Shown here: one piece after another, positions 37,173 through 47,204 of the stretch | How positions within the stretch are numbered: position 1 is the stretch's first letter | Layout of the letters: every line of letters starts with the position of its first letter | Source: Patescibacteria group bacterium | GTDB lineage: Bacteria; Patescibacteriota; Patescibacteriia; UBA9570; JAHJKD01 | Length of the DNA: 64,000 nucleotides | Assembly: GCA_041660885.1 (NCBI GenBank) | Contig: JBAZVM010000001.1 | Span: 102,698 to 166,697, forward strand | Direction of reading: 5' to 3' | Notes under the pieces: model-generated | Told to the model about the DNA's origin: nothing | Seen by the model: the letters and a program-made list of their open reading frames with translations, nothing else | Databases searched by the model: none | Program-made: the position numbers and the translations under genes

Positions 37173-38420
37173 ATGCCATATATCACCGACTTTCATATCC
37201 ATTCCCGATATTCTCGGGCCACCTCCAAACAGATTACTCTCGAGAATTTGGATAAATACGCCCGCATTAAAGGCATAGATATTTTAGCCACGGCGGATTT
37301 TACGCATCCGGCTTGGTTTAGGGAATTAGAAAACAAACTAGTATTACAAGATAATGGGTTTTATCAATTAAAGAATTCCGAAAATGAAACAAAATTTATT
37401 TTATCTACAGAAATATCCTGCATTTACAAAAAAGGAGGCAAATGCCGGCGCATTCACTTGGTGGTTATCTGTTCTTCGCTTACAAAAGTTAAAAAAGTAA
37501 ACGAGTATTTAGAAAAAAAAGGCTATAATATAAAATCCGATGGCCGGCCGATTTTGGGCTTGGATGTGAAAGAACTAGCGAAAATTTATTTAGAGTATGA
37601 TGACAAAGCCATAATCATTCCGGCGCACATTTGGACTCCGTGGTTTTCGCTTTTCGGTTCTTATTCAGGGTTTGATAGTTTGAAAGAATGTTTTGAAGAA
37701 ATAAGCGATCAAATACCGGCCATAGAAACAGGGTTATCTTCAGACCCGCGAATGAACTGGAGGATATCTCAGCTAAATAATCGCATGATCTTATCCAATT
37801 CCGATGCCCACTCTTTAGATAAATTGGGCAGAGAAGCCAATGTTTTTAATTTAAAAGAATTAAGCTATAAGAATTTATATCAATCTATAAAAAATAATAA
37901 AAATTTAGAATACACCATAGAGTTTTATCCGGAAGAAGGAAAATACCATTACGACGGCCATGTCGATTGCCATTATTCTTGCGATCCGAAACAAAGCAAG
38001 AAGAATAAAAATTTATGCCCCAAATGCAGCAAGCCATTAACTATCGGAGTAATGAATCGCGTAGAAGTTTTGGCAGACCAAGATGAAAAGACTCAAGAAA
38101 AAAAGCGCCCGCCTTTTAAATCTTTGGTGCCCTTGGCAGAAATATTAGCGGAAGTGAATAATACCGGCGTAAACACAAAAGCCATTAAAAAAGAACACGA
38201 CCTATTAATTAATAGATTTACTTCTGAATTTAATTTATTGCTAAACACGCCAGTAGAGGAAATAAAAGAAGCAAATAATATGCTAGGAATAGCCATAAAT
38301 AAAATGAGAAAAGGAGATATTGTTATTAAACCGGGATATGATGGAATTTTTGGCACGGTTAAAATATTTTCCGACAAGGAAAGAGAAAAATTAGAACCAA
38401 AGCAAAATAAATTGTTTTAA
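37173..38420 (+). CDS. endonuclease Q-like PHP-domain nuclease with a C-terminal zinc finger
   Basis: MPYITDFHIHSRYSRATS...ATADFTHP...NSDAHS...CPKCSKPLTIGVMNRV. The architecture and N-terminal motif recall archaeal EndoQ. Confidence 0.6.
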   Translation: MPYITDFHIHSRYSRATSKQITLENLDKYARIKGIDILATADFTHPAWFRELENKLVLQDNGFYQLKNSENETKFILSTEISCIYKKGGKCRRIHLVVICSSLTKVKKVNEYLEKKGYNIKSDGRPILGLDVKELAKIYLEYDDKAIIIPAHIWTPWFSLFGSYSGFDSLKECFEEISDQIPAIETGLSSDPRMNWRISQLNNRMILSNSDAHSLDKLGREANVFNLKELSYKNLYQSIKNNKNLEYTIEFYPEEGKYHYDGHVDCHYSCDPKQSKKNKNLCPKCSKPLTIGVMNRVEVLADQDEKTQEKKRPPFKSLVPLAEILAEVNNTGVNTKAIKKEHDLLINRFTSEFNLLLNTPVEEIKEANNMLGIAINKMRKGDIVIKPGYDGIFGTVKIFSDKEREKLEPKQNKLF

Positions 38421-38427
38421 ATATAAA

Positions 38428-38456
38428 TAAAAAACCCCGCCGTGGCGGGGTTTTTA
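38428..38456. terminator. bidirectional intrinsic terminator
   Basis: aaaaaaccccgccgtggcggggttttt. Confidence 0.75.
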
Positions 38457-38468
38457 TGTGTGTGAATA

Positions 38469-39011
38469 TTATTCCTCAACTGCGAAGGTGTCGTATCCCA
38501 ACTCAATGCCGCCATCCAATTCGGAATCATAAGCGCGGATATCGTAATCACCTGGTTCAGTAGGAGCACTGAAAGTCATGGTGCCGGAAGTGGAACCATT
38601 CAAATATTGCCAATCAACATCAGCCGCGTCGCCGTCTTCTTCAGAGCCGTGCGCAGTTTCCGTTGGAACTATGCCGATCCAAGCGCCGTCCTTTATAGTT
38701 TCCTTGATATCGTAAGTTACGGTTATGTCATCTCCTGCTGCGTAAGAGATGGAATCTGTAGTTATAGAGGTTTCTTCAGTTGCGGTATTCGTGTTGCTGT
38801 TAACAGTGCTGTTGGTGTTGGTTGTTTTGTTGGTGTTCGTTGTAACTTTATTTACGTTTTTGTTCACGGTTACCGCGTTGGTATTTTTTGTGGCGTTTTT
38901 GTTCGCGTTGGCATTAGTGCTCTTTTCGCCGAACAAAGAACATCCCGCGCCAGTGGTGGCTAGCGTTAGCACTAAGGCGAACGCGATTAAACCCATTGAT
39001 TTTGCTTTCAT
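38469..39011 (-). CDS. lipoprotein with an Asn/Thr-rich low-complexity linker
   Basis: Lipobox ..TTGAGC. Linker NANANKNATKNTNAVTVNKNVNKVTTNTNKTTNTNSTVNSNTNTATEE, then a globular C-terminus. The start is set at MKAKSMG (39011) so the 28-nt palindrome stays outside the CDS. Confidence 0.55.
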   Translation of the reverse strand: MKAKSMGLIAFALVLTLATTGAGCSLFGEKSTNANANKNATKNTNAVTVNKNVNKVTTNTNKTTNTNSTVNSNTNTATEETSITTDSISYAAGDDITVTYDIKETIKDGAWIGIVPTETAHGSEEDGDAADVDWQYLNGSTSGTMTFSAPTEPGDYDIRAYDSELDGGIELGYDTFAVEE

Positions 39012-39015
39012 AGAT

Positions 39016-39043
39016 TTTTGTTGGGAACGCACATGTGCGTTCC
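39016..39043 (-). repeat. 28-nt element GGAACGCACATGTGCGTTCCCAACAAAA, copy 2 (inverse orientation)
   Basis: Exact match to 4644-4671 when read on the minus strand. Confidence 0.8.
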
Positions 39044-39085
39044 TTACTAATTATTAATAATAAACCAGCCAATAGTATAGCAGTT

Positions 39086-42000
39086 TTACAGTTCCGTGTT
39101 AAGAGTATGCCTGGTTAGGAAATCCATCTTACCATTAGGTGTTAAAGCCCAATCAATTTGGTAATGGAGCAACGCCTCTTTGGTTTTTTCCGTGAATTTA
39201 TTATCCGGATCTTCGGTAAAGTATCCGTAATTAGTTAAGCGTTTTTCCAAGGCTAATACTTGTTCATCAGTATCTCCTTCTTTAAGAACCTTGGTAAAGC
39301 CCACCCTTACTTTAAGAGCTTTAGCCAATTGGCTGGCCGTGCTTTGCGGATTTTTTACCTTAACGGTGTAAGTTCCGGCGGTATAATTCTTTGGCACTGT
39401 TAAAGTTATTTGAGTGGCGTTATCCACAACGAATCCCGTCTGCTGCTCTTTGTTCAAGTATACAGCGGTTTTTTTGGTAAAGTTATTGCCGTAAAGAATC
39501 ACTTCCTGTTTTTCATGATTGGCAATAAATTCCGGCGCTATGGATTCTAAATAAGCCCCGCCTTTTTTAACCAATACCGCTTTTTTCTTGGTGTCTTTTT
39601 GGCCGTCCGGATTTGTTACTTTTAATTTATAATATTGCGGTTTTAATCCGGCGGGAATCGTGGCCGTGATCTTGGTGCGGCTAACAACAGTGACATTGGA
39701 AAGAGCTTGGGTGCCTAGCTTTACTTTAGTGGTTCCGGTAGTAATAAAACCAGTACCTTTTATGGAAATATCAGTATCATGGTTGTTTCTGACGGTAGCG
39801 TGGTTAACGCGCGTAATGGTCGGGCCGTCTTCCAATAAGTAATCGGCGATGGCGCCAAGCATATAGGCTTTGGTAGTGTTGCCTGATCCGTCATTTATGG
39901 CTTCCAAACCAAAGCTTAAAAATACGGAGCGGTAAGTGCCATTATCTACGGCTATGCCGGCTGTTTTAGCGGTGGTGTTGCCGACATCGTAAGAGAAAAT
40001 GGCCGAAGCGTCATCAGCTTCATTCAGCTCAAGCTCATTAGCATAATATGTGTCATGCACACCGTTGCCGTTTAGATCGTAGTAATCGATATTATATGTT
40101 AAGCCATCAAACATGCTTCCGCTGATGCCGTCTACTTTATCCGGCATCAAATTTTCGCTGATGTATCTGGCGTGCATATAATTCCATAAGAAATCAGAAG
40201 CTACCCCGCTGTAGGATTCGTTGTAAGCGGTTTCTTCGGATGTCAGCAGCAAGTTTCCGCCATTATCCAAATAAGTTTGCAGAGAATAGCTATCAGCATA
40301 ATTAATGCCGGCATCTGCCCAAATGACCATGGGGAAAAGGGACAAATCAGTGTCATATGGTGTTCCTAAATCAGTTGTGTCCCAAAGCATAACTTCATAA
40401 CCGAGATTTTCCATTTCTTCGGCTATAACATGGCCGGTTTTATTGCACATGGTAATATAACCGAAATCCATGCCTTCTAATTGCGTGTCGCTGCAGTAAC
40501 CGGAATTATAAACCACTAAAATATCAGGTGTTTTTGTTACCCAGAAATGCATGGTGCGTGATGCCGTTTCCAACGATTCGGTATCAGTGGTGGTAATGCT
40601 TAAAGTATATTCACCAGTCGCGCTATCCGCGGGAAGAGTTAAAGGTTTGCTGTTTATGCGGGTTTGCGGGAAATAATAGCCATAATAATCTTCGCCGACC
40701 GTCACTTCTTCAGAAGTACCGGACAAATCAGTAACCGCATTGCCATTAGGATCAGTTACGCTATAAGACATAGTGACTTTATGGTCTTCTCTGTCATATC
40801 CCGTGGCATAAGCCCAAATAGTCAGTTGGTCTCCTGGGGCGAATAAATTATTTGATAATGTTCCATCAGTTGTTGGTTCTTCCGATTCTTCATCTGTTTC
40901 TTCGTTATAAACTTCTTCTTCATAAGTTACATCATATTTTGTCACGCCTATGCTATCCGGTTGCACTGCGTCTTCGGCAATGGCGATTTGCATAGTGCCG
41001 GCCGTAGCGCTCGTTGGCGTGGCCGTGATAGTGGATAATCCTACGGTATCATGAGCCGTCAGAGCAACGCTGGCAATACCGCTGGCATTAGTGGCGCTGC
41101 TGCTGGCGGAAAGCGTGCCCTTGGAAGCAGACCAAGTAACGGTTTCACCGACTATAGCGGCTCCGGCCGCGTCGCGCACTGAAGCGTATAAAACCGCGTC
41201 ATCCACTCCGTCTGATTTAATCCATCCATCGTCCGCGTATATAAAAGTTTCGGCAGATAGGGTTCCCGTGGCAGCTAAGGCGTTTACCATGCCTTGGCCG
41301 GTTACGTAATCCGGTCCGGCTTGGGTGCCGAAATCGGAAGTAGTGGTTTCTAATACATGGCGCACAGCCGCGGGCGTGGTTAAGCTTTTCACCTGCATGA
41401 TAAGCGCGGCAACTCCGGCCACATGCGGGGAAGCCATGCTGGTACCGGAATAAGAAGCATACAAATTTCCCGGAGTGGAAGAAAGAATATCATGGCCCGG
41501 AGCCATTACATCTACTTTTCCCCAGTTGGAGTAATATGTTTTATAACCGTCTTCATCACTGGCGCCGACAGAAACCACATTGCTGAATATGGCCGGATAC
41601 TGAATAGTAGAATAAGTGGCACTATTTCCGGAAGAAGCAACTACCAATACATTGTTGGTTTCCGCGTAATCTACTGCTTCTTTTAAAGTGCGGGAATAAT
41701 AGCTGCCGCCCAAACTCATATTAATAATATTCGCACCATTATCCACGGCATAGCGAATACCTTCAGCAATGGCGCTATCCCATCCCCATCCGCTGGAATC
41801 GAGCACTTTTACTGGCATAATAGTGGCGGAAGAAGCGACTCCGCGCACTCCGACGCTGTTATTTTCCGCGGCAATGATGCCGGAAACATGCGTACCATGG
41901 CCGTATTCATCATCCGGATCGTTATCTGCGTGCACTTCCGTGTATATGCTTCCAATAAAATCATAACCGTATTTGTCATCAACATATCCGTTTCCATCAT

Positions 42001-42463
42001 CGTCTACGTTGTTGCCCGCGGTTTCACCGGAATTTTCCCAATTATTGGCATCCAAATCTTCATGATTATAATCTACGCCGGTATCAACAACGGCAACTAT
42101 AATTCCAGAACCGGTTGCTCCATTAGTATCAGTGGCTGATTCCGCTTGTACGGTGGCATAGCCCCATGATTCTTCTTGCGCCATGGCTCTGGATAATCCG
42201 TCCATTTCCGCGTATTCTATATTGGGTAATTTACTCCAGGCTTCTAAAAGATTAGGCACATCGGATTGGTTAGCCACTTTCATGGTAATCACATCTCCGT
42301 TGGTTTTTTTTATGATAATTTGCGGAGGTACGGTTGGTTGATCATTTTGCACGGTATCTTTCGATTGCCATGCATTTTCCTCTTTTGCGGCGCCATTGGC
42401 CCAATTAAAAGAGAGCGCTAGGCCGAAAAGGCAGAGCGACGCGAGCACGATTTTTTTCATCAT
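39086..42463 (-). CDS. secreted S8 (subtilisin-family) serine protease with Ig-like/IPT modules and a C-terminal peptidoglycan-binding domain
   Basis: Catalytic motifs VAVVDTGVDYNHEDL, HGTHVSGIIAA and GTSMASPHVAGVAAL. The C-terminus LEKRLTNYGYF...TKEALLHYQ is PG_binding_1-like. Confidence 0.85.
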   Translation of the reverse strand: MMKKIVLASLCLFGLALSFNWANGAAKEENAWQSKDTVQNDQPTVPPQIIIKKTNGDVITMKVANQSDVPNLLEAWSKLPNIEYAEMDGLSRAMAQEESWGYATVQAESATDTNGATGSGIIVAVVDTGVDYNHEDLDANNWENSGETAGNNVDDDGNGYVDDKYGYDFIGSIYTEVHADNDPDDEYGHGTHVSGIIAAENNSVGVRGVASSATIMPVKVLDSSGWGWDSAIAEGIRYAVDNGANIINMSLGGSYYSRTLKEAVDYAETNNVLVVASSGNSATYSTIQYPAIFSNVVSVGASDEDGYKTYYSNWGKVDVMAPGHDILSSTPGNLYASYSGTSMASPHVAGVAALIMQVKSLTTPAAVRHVLETTTSDFGTQAGPDYVTGQGMVNALAATGTLSAETFIYADDGWIKSDGVDDAVLYASVRDAAGAAIVGETVTWSASKGTLSASSSATNASGIASVALTAHDTVGLSTITATPTSATAGTMQIAIAEDAVQPDSIGVTKYDVTYEEEVYNEETDEESEEPTTDGTLSNNLFAPGDQLTIWAYATGYDREDHKVTMSYSVTDPNGNAVTDLSGTSEEVTVGEDYYGYYFPQTRINSKPLTLPADSATGEYTLSITTTDTESLETASRTMHFWVTKTPDILVVYNSGYCSDTQLEGMDFGYITMCNKTGHVIAEEMENLGYEVMLWDTTDLGTPYDTDLSLFPMVIWADAGINYADSYSLQTYLDNGGNLLLTSEETAYNESYSGVASDFLWNYMHARYISENLMPDKVDGISGSMFDGLTYNIDYYDLNGNGVHDTYYANELELNEADDASAIFSYDVGNTTAKTAGIAVDNGTYRSVFLSFGLEAINDGSGNTTKAYMLGAIADYLLEDGPTITRVNHATVRNNHDTDISIKGTGFITTGTTKVKLGTQALSNVTVVSRTKITATIPAGLKPQYYKLKVTNPDGQKDTKKKAVLVKKGGAYLESIAPEFIANHEKQEVILYGNNFTKKTAVYLNKEQQTGFVVDNATQITLTVPKNYTAGTYTVKVKNPQSTASQLAKALKVRVGFTKVLKEGDTDEQVLALEKRLTNYGYFTEDPDNKFTEKTKEALLHYQIDWALTPNGKMDFLTRHTLNTEL

Positions 42464-42521
42464 ACTTTTCTTTAAGTTATTTATTTTATCTGGCTTTTAT
42501 TATACAATAGATAAGAACATT

Positions 42522-43394
42522 ATGCCAGAATTGCCAGAAGTACAAACAATTGTTAATGATTTAAATCAATATATACCTAATAAAAAGGTAGTAAATATTG
42601 AAATAAAAAAGAAAAAGCTGATAAAAAGCGATTATGCCGGATTTAGAAAATTGATTATCGGCTCGTCCATAAAAAAAATTGAGCGTCGGGGAAAATTATT
42701 AATTTTTTTTCTTAATAAACCCGATGCTTTCCTGCTTATTCATTTGAAAATGACGGGGCAGCTTATTTATGAGAATAAAAAAAAGATTATTGCCGGCGGT
42801 CACAGCTTGCCCAAAGTTTTTAGAAAAGATTTGCCAGGGAAATATACTCATGTAATTTTTACCTTTGCCGATAAATCGCAATTATTTTTCAACGACATGC
42901 GGCAGTTCGGCTATTTGAAAATAGTTAATAGCGCGAAAAAAGAAGAAATTATTTCCGCTTTTGGCATAGAGCCTCTTTCCTCCGAGTTTAATTTAAAAAA
43001 ATTCCAAGAAATAATAAAAACCAAAAAAACCAGCGTTAAGGCTATTTTAATGGATCAAAAATTTATTGCTGGCATTGGCAATATTTACGCGGATGAAATC
43101 TGCTTCGCGGCTAAAATAAAACCAGATCGTCTAACCTCGTCTTTAAAAAATCAAGAAATAATTTTTTTGCATCAATCAATAAAAAAGGTTTTGCGCGCTG
43201 CTATAAAACATCGCGGCACTACTTTTTCCGATTATTTGGACGCCAGCGGAAAAAAAGGCAATTATGTGCGTTTTCTTAAAGTATATCAGCGAGAAAAAAT
43301 GTCTTGTCCGCGTTGCAAAAAAAGTGTTATTATAAAATCAAATAATAAAATTGCTGGCAGAGGTACGAGATACTGCCCGAAGTGCCAAAAATAA
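42522..43394 (+). CDS. mutM: formamidopyrimidine-DNA glycosylase
   Basis: MPELPEVQTIVNDL... plus the C-terminal zinc finger CPRCKK..RGTRYCPKCQ. The start is set at 42522. Confidence 0.9.
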   Translation: MPELPEVQTIVNDLNQYIPNKKVVNIEIKKKKLIKSDYAGFRKLIIGSSIKKIERRGKLLIFFLNKPDAFLLIHLKMTGQLIYENKKKIIAGGHSLPKVFRKDLPGKYTHVIFTFADKSQLFFNDMRQFGYLKIVNSAKKEEIISAFGIEPLSSEFNLKKFQEIIKTKKTSVKAILMDQKFIAGIGNIYADEICFAAKIKPDRLTSSLKNQEIIFLHQSIKKVLRAAIKHRGTTFSDYLDASGKKGNYVRFLKVYQREKMSCPRCKKSVIIKSNNKIAGRGTRYCPKCQK

Positions 43395-43395
43395 T

Positions 43396-44379
43396 ATGAT
43401 TGTCGTTACCGGTGGCACAGGCCACATAGGAAATGTATTGGTGCGAGAGCTTATAAAAAAAGGGGAAAAAGTCCGCCTGTTGCTTTTACCCGGAGAAAAA
43501 ACAGAGTCTCTTGAAGGGTTATCATTCGAAAAAGTCGAAGGGGACGTACAAAAAATAGCTACTCTGGAAAAAGCTTTTGCCGGCGCCAAAGCGGTTTTTC
43601 ATTTAGCCGGCATTATTTCCATTTCCCCCGGTCAAAAGAAATTGATTTATCAGGTAAATGTGGAAGGCACAAAAAATGTTATAAAAGCTTGTTTGAAAAC
43701 CGGGGTTAAGCGTTTGGTTTATACTAGCTCTATTCATGCTTTTGTCGAACCGCCATCAGATGAAACTATTAATGAAGACCAATTGATTATACCCGAAGGA
43801 GTCAGCGGCCATTATGCCAAATCCAAAGCCATGGCCACTTTAGCCGTATTAAAAGCGGTAAAAGAAAAAAAATTAAACGCGGTTATTGTGGCACCTTCCG
43901 GAGTGATCGGGCCGTATGATTATAAAATATCCGAGCTCGGGCATTTGATTATCGATTTCGCGCATAAAAAATTAAAAGCTTTTATCAATGGCGCTTATGA
44001 TTTTGTTGATGTGCGCGATGTGGTGGCCGGGTTAATCGCGGCTATGGAAAAAGGGCGAAAGGGAGAGATATATATTTTATCCGGAGAGCAGATAAAAATT
44101 AAAGAAATTTTAAAAATATTAACAAAAGTTACCGGAAAAAAAGCGCCGGTATACGCCATGCCCGCCTGGCTGGCCATTGCCACTGCCCCGTTTTCCATTT
44201 TGTATTACCGTATTTTAAAAGCTAAACCCCTGTTTACCGCTTATTCCGTACGCGTGCTCATGAGTAATTCCAAGACCGACCATTCCAAAGCCCGTCAAGA
44301 ATTAGGGTATAATCCGCGCACGGTAAGAGAGTCGATAAATGATTCTTATATTTGGTTTAAAGAACACGGATATATTTAA
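43396..44379 (+). CDS. NAD-dependent epimerase/dehydratase (extended SDR)
   Basis: MIVVTGGTGHIGNVLVRELIKKG...YAKSK. Confidence 0.75.
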   Translation: MIVVTGGTGHIGNVLVRELIKKGEKVRLLLLPGEKTESLEGLSFEKVEGDVQKIATLEKAFAGAKAVFHLAGIISISPGQKKLIYQVNVEGTKNVIKACLKTGVKRLVYTSSIHAFVEPPSDETINEDQLIIPEGVSGHYAKSKAMATLAVLKAVKEKKLNAVIVAPSGVIGPYDYKISELGHLIIDFAHKKLKAFINGAYDFVDVRDVVAGLIAAMEKGRKGEIYILSGEQIKIKEILKILTKVTGKKAPVYAMPAWLAIATAPFSILYYRILKAKPLFTAYSVRVLMSNSKTDHSKARQELGYNPRTVRESINDSYIWFKEHGYI

Positions 44380-44382
44380 AAT

Positions 44383-45147
44383 ATGCACAAAGAAAAAATA
44401 ACCAAACGCATTTTAATTCTCTTCGGCTTATTTCTTGCCGGATGCGCCATAGTATTAATATTCAGACCGGATTATTTATGGAATATTATTATTGTTTACG
44501 CGCCCGCTTCGTTGCTTAATTTTTATTGGTTAAGAAAATCCAAATTTAAAATACTATTATTTTCCGTGGTTACTACTTTGCTTTTTGCCATTCCCATAGA
44601 ACTAATGGCCCGCTTAACCGACTCCTGGGATGTGCAATCCACCCTGCCCAGGCTTTTTGGCATCGCCCCGCTAGAAAACACGCTATACGCGTTTATTAAT
44701 TTTTTCTGGCCGCTATGCTTTTATGAAGCTTTTGTGGATAGGGATAGAAGCAAGAGAATTTCCAGAAGATGGAAATATTTAGTCACAACCTATATCGCGC
44801 TTAGTTTTATTGTGTATCTCTTGTTTTCCGTTAACAGGCAAATGATCTCTTTGGATTATTGGCAGCTAGCTATTTTTATCTTGGTAATTCCGGGGATACT
44901 ATTATTCAGTCGCAATACAAAACTTATTAAAAAAGCCATACCGGTTACTATTTTTTTCGGAATTATTTTTTTCTGCCACGAAGTAATGTCTCTTTATTTG
45001 GGGCACTGGTGGTGGCCCGGAGAATATCTAATGCCTTTTACTCTCTGGGGAAAAACATTCCCGCTGGATGATGTGATTATTTGGTATCTTCTTTCCACTC
45101 CCGTGCTTATCGGCGGATATGAATTTTTTATGGATGACTTTCGATAA
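44383..45147 (+). CDS. lycopene-cyclase-domain-like polytopic membrane protein (two repeats)
   Basis: Two halves each carry W....G..(A/F)P(L)(E/D)(N/D)..(Y/W) (GIAPLENTLYAF and KTFPLDDVIIWYL), resembling the PxE(E/D) motif of CrtYc/Yd-type domains. Confidence 0.35.
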   Translation: MHKEKITKRILILFGLFLAGCAIVLIFRPDYLWNIIIVYAPASLLNFYWLRKSKFKILLFSVVTTLLFAIPIELMARLTDSWDVQSTLPRLFGIAPLENTLYAFINFFWPLCFYEAFVDRDRSKRISRRWKYLVTTYIALSFIVYLLFSVNRQMISLDYWQLAIFILVIPGILLFSRNTKLIKKAIPVTIFFGIIFFCHEVMSLYLGHWWWPGEYLMPFTLWGKTFPLDDVIIWYLLSTPVLIGGYEFFMDDFR

Positions 45148-45150
45148 ATA

Positions 45151-45783
45151 TTATTCTGTAAATTGAACATCATCTAATCTGCCCACCAATTGCCATTGGC
45201 CATCTGGAGTGTAAAGGTAAGCGTCGACGCGATAAAGGCCGGCTTCAGGCGGCTCATATCCACCGTGAATATAATATGAAGCGCCGGAAGAATTGGCTGA
45301 AGTGGGAGTGAACCCATCAGCTTTTGGCGGAAATTCATCAATGGATTTGTTATCGGCATTGCATATTTGAAGGTAACCGGCGTAACCGGGCATGTTTCCT
45401 CCATCTGTTTTGCTGAGATCAAAAAAAATGTCGTTTTTCAAAGTTGTTTCCGGAATAGGCGCGCTCCAATCCGTCACTTCATTTTCTTCTTCATCGGCAT
45501 AATCCGCTAAAGACAAGGAAACTGGATCTATTTCCTCTCCCGCGCTGCGGTAATTGTTTAATTCGGCGAAATAAAGCTTCGTAGTAATTCCGGAAACGGT
45601 TGTTAACGGAGTAGTGGAACTAGACGAACAATCAAATAAAACAGCTGTTTCAGTTTTTGAGTTTGCATTGCTTTTGTTTGAAGTAGTGCCGCTGTTTTCT
45701 TGCTTGCCATTACAACCGCAAAGTAAAATTACTGCGACTAGCATTGCGCTGAGCATGCTCATTGATTTAGATGCTTTGATCAT
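45151..45783 (-). CDS. lipoprotein, hypothetical
   Basis: Lipobox VILLCGC; no family recognised. Confidence 0.45.
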   Translation of the reverse strand: MIKASKSMSMLSAMLVAVILLCGCNGKQENSGTTSNKSNANSKTETAVLFDCSSSSTTPLTTVSGITTKLYFAELNNYRSAGEEIDPVSLSLADYADEEENEVTDWSAPIPETTLKNDIFFDLSKTDGGNMPGYAGYLQICNADNKSIDEFPPKADGFTPTSANSSGASYYIHGGYEPPEAGLYRVDAYLYTPDGQWQLVGRLDDVQFTE

Positions 45784-45788
45784 ATTGT

Positions 45789-46244
45789 TTATTTGTTAAT
45801 TAATTCTATTTTTTTATGATATTCATCCAACATTTTATGCCATTCATCTGGTTTTATAAAAGAATCAGAAACGGGGTATTGAATTTTTTGCTCTCTCGCC
45901 AAATGTTTTTTTAATGCGCTATAAACATTCTCTCCCATCATTTTTGTTTTCTCAAAGTCGTGCGCCAAATCAGCTTGTTCAACAAATGACAATAATTTTA
46001 AAATAGTACCATGGTCGCGCCGCACTTGTTCTGTCAATCCGGATTTTTTTTCAAAACCGAGATACTCGCTCAAACGCGGAAATAAAAAATCTTCCTCCAG
46101 TTTCATATGCAGCAAAAGATTTTTTTTAAACTGTTGAAAATGTTTAGACGAGTTATTTGTATCATTGATATTGTCAAAAAATAAAGACCAAAGTTTATCA
46201 AGGTGATTATGATCAGTTTGCATAAATTTAGAAACAAGATTCAT
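45789..46244 (-). CDS. hemerythrin (HHE cation-binding) domain protein
   Basis: The H / HxxxE / H / HxxxE pattern: DHNHLDKLW, LLLHMKLEE, RRDHGTI, LKKHLAREQ. Confidence 0.65.
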   Translation of the reverse strand: MNLVSKFMQTDHNHLDKLWSLFFDNINDTNNSSKHFQQFKKNLLLHMKLEEDFLFPRLSEYLGFEKKSGLTEQVRRDHGTILKLLSFVEQADLAHDFEKTKMMGENVYSALKKHLAREQKIQYPVSDSFIKPDEWHKMLDEYHKKIELINK

Positions 46245-46301
46245 AAATTACTAAGTCTTAATTTTATCTTTCATAATTTTCAAAATTTATTGGCACACCA
46301 T

Positions 46302-46646
46302 TTATTTTATATGCAATAAACATTCGCAAGGTTTATTTTTTAAAATTGATTTTTGCTCTTTAATCGTGTTAATAAACACCAGCTGGCTGCTCAAACCCTT
46401 AGCCAATTTTTTATTAAGCGGAGAATTGTGCTTGTATCCGCGACGGATAAATTCTTCCACTAATGCCCCATGTCTCTCGTAAAGCGCCTTTGTTTTTCCG
46501 ACCCAGCGCAATGTTTCCGGATGTCGCGAGTAGCCACCCTTGCCGCCGTGTTTGGTTAAAATATTCCAAAGTCCGTGCAGTTCGCGATGTTCGGCGAGCA
46601 GGTGTTTACGGCACAAATGCTTTGGATTAATATCCCATACACGCAT
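46302..46646 (-). CDS. pyrimidine-dimer DNA glycosylase (T4 endonuclease V / DenV-like)
   Basis: MRVWDINPKHLCRKHLLAEHRELHGLWNILT...GGYSRHPETLRW matches the Pyr_excise family consensus as I remember it. The start is set at 46646. Confidence 0.75.
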   Translation of the reverse strand: MRVWDINPKHLCRKHLLAEHRELHGLWNILTKHGGKGGYSRHPETLRWVGKTKALYERHGALVEEFIRRGYKHNSPLNKKLAKGLSSQLVFINTIKEQKSILKNKPCECLLHIK

Positions 46647-46803
46647 AGGTTTTTTTGCAATGTGATTCTTGGCCGTATTTGCTGGACAAAGCTCAAGACT
46701 ATTCCGAGCAAAATCCAAAAGGCATCAGCATTTATTTCACTCAACTATTTAAAAAAAATGCTATAATACAATTATAGCATAATTAACTAGTTAAAATATA
46801 ATA

Positions 46804-47145
46804 ATGGTTAATAAAAGAAGGCTGATCATTGCTTTAATATGCGGAGCTTTATTGGGCATTATTTGCATTCTGGGCGTTGGCATAAGATTGGGTTTCGGGG
46901 GCAATGAACTCTTTATTTTGGCTACCTGGTATAATCGAGTAATTATGGGGTTGGTAATTGGCTTGGCTGGAGGAATTACTGTAATTAAAGGAAAATTTAA
47001 TCCTTTAGTGCGCGGACTCCTTTTAGGTTTAATGGTCAGCTTGGCTTTATTTTTAAGTACTGAGTTGCGTGATCCTCTTGGTTTTATGGCTGGCGTAGTT
47101 TACGGAGTGATAATTGACCATCTGGCCAGCAAATATTCCCAATAA
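46804..47145 (+). CDS. small Gly-rich 4-TM membrane protein, hypothetical
   Basis: 113 aa with four hydrophobic segments. Confidence 0.4.
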   Translation: MVNKRRLIIALICGALLGIICILGVGIRLGFGGNELFILATWYNRVIMGLVIGLAGGITVIKGKFNPLVRGLLLGLMVSLALFLSTELRDPLGFMAGVVYGVIIDHLASKYSQ

Positions 47146-47204
47146 CAAATTTTTTCTTGTTTTTTTAAAACATTCAAAAAATACACACAAGACCAAACAT
47201 ACAA

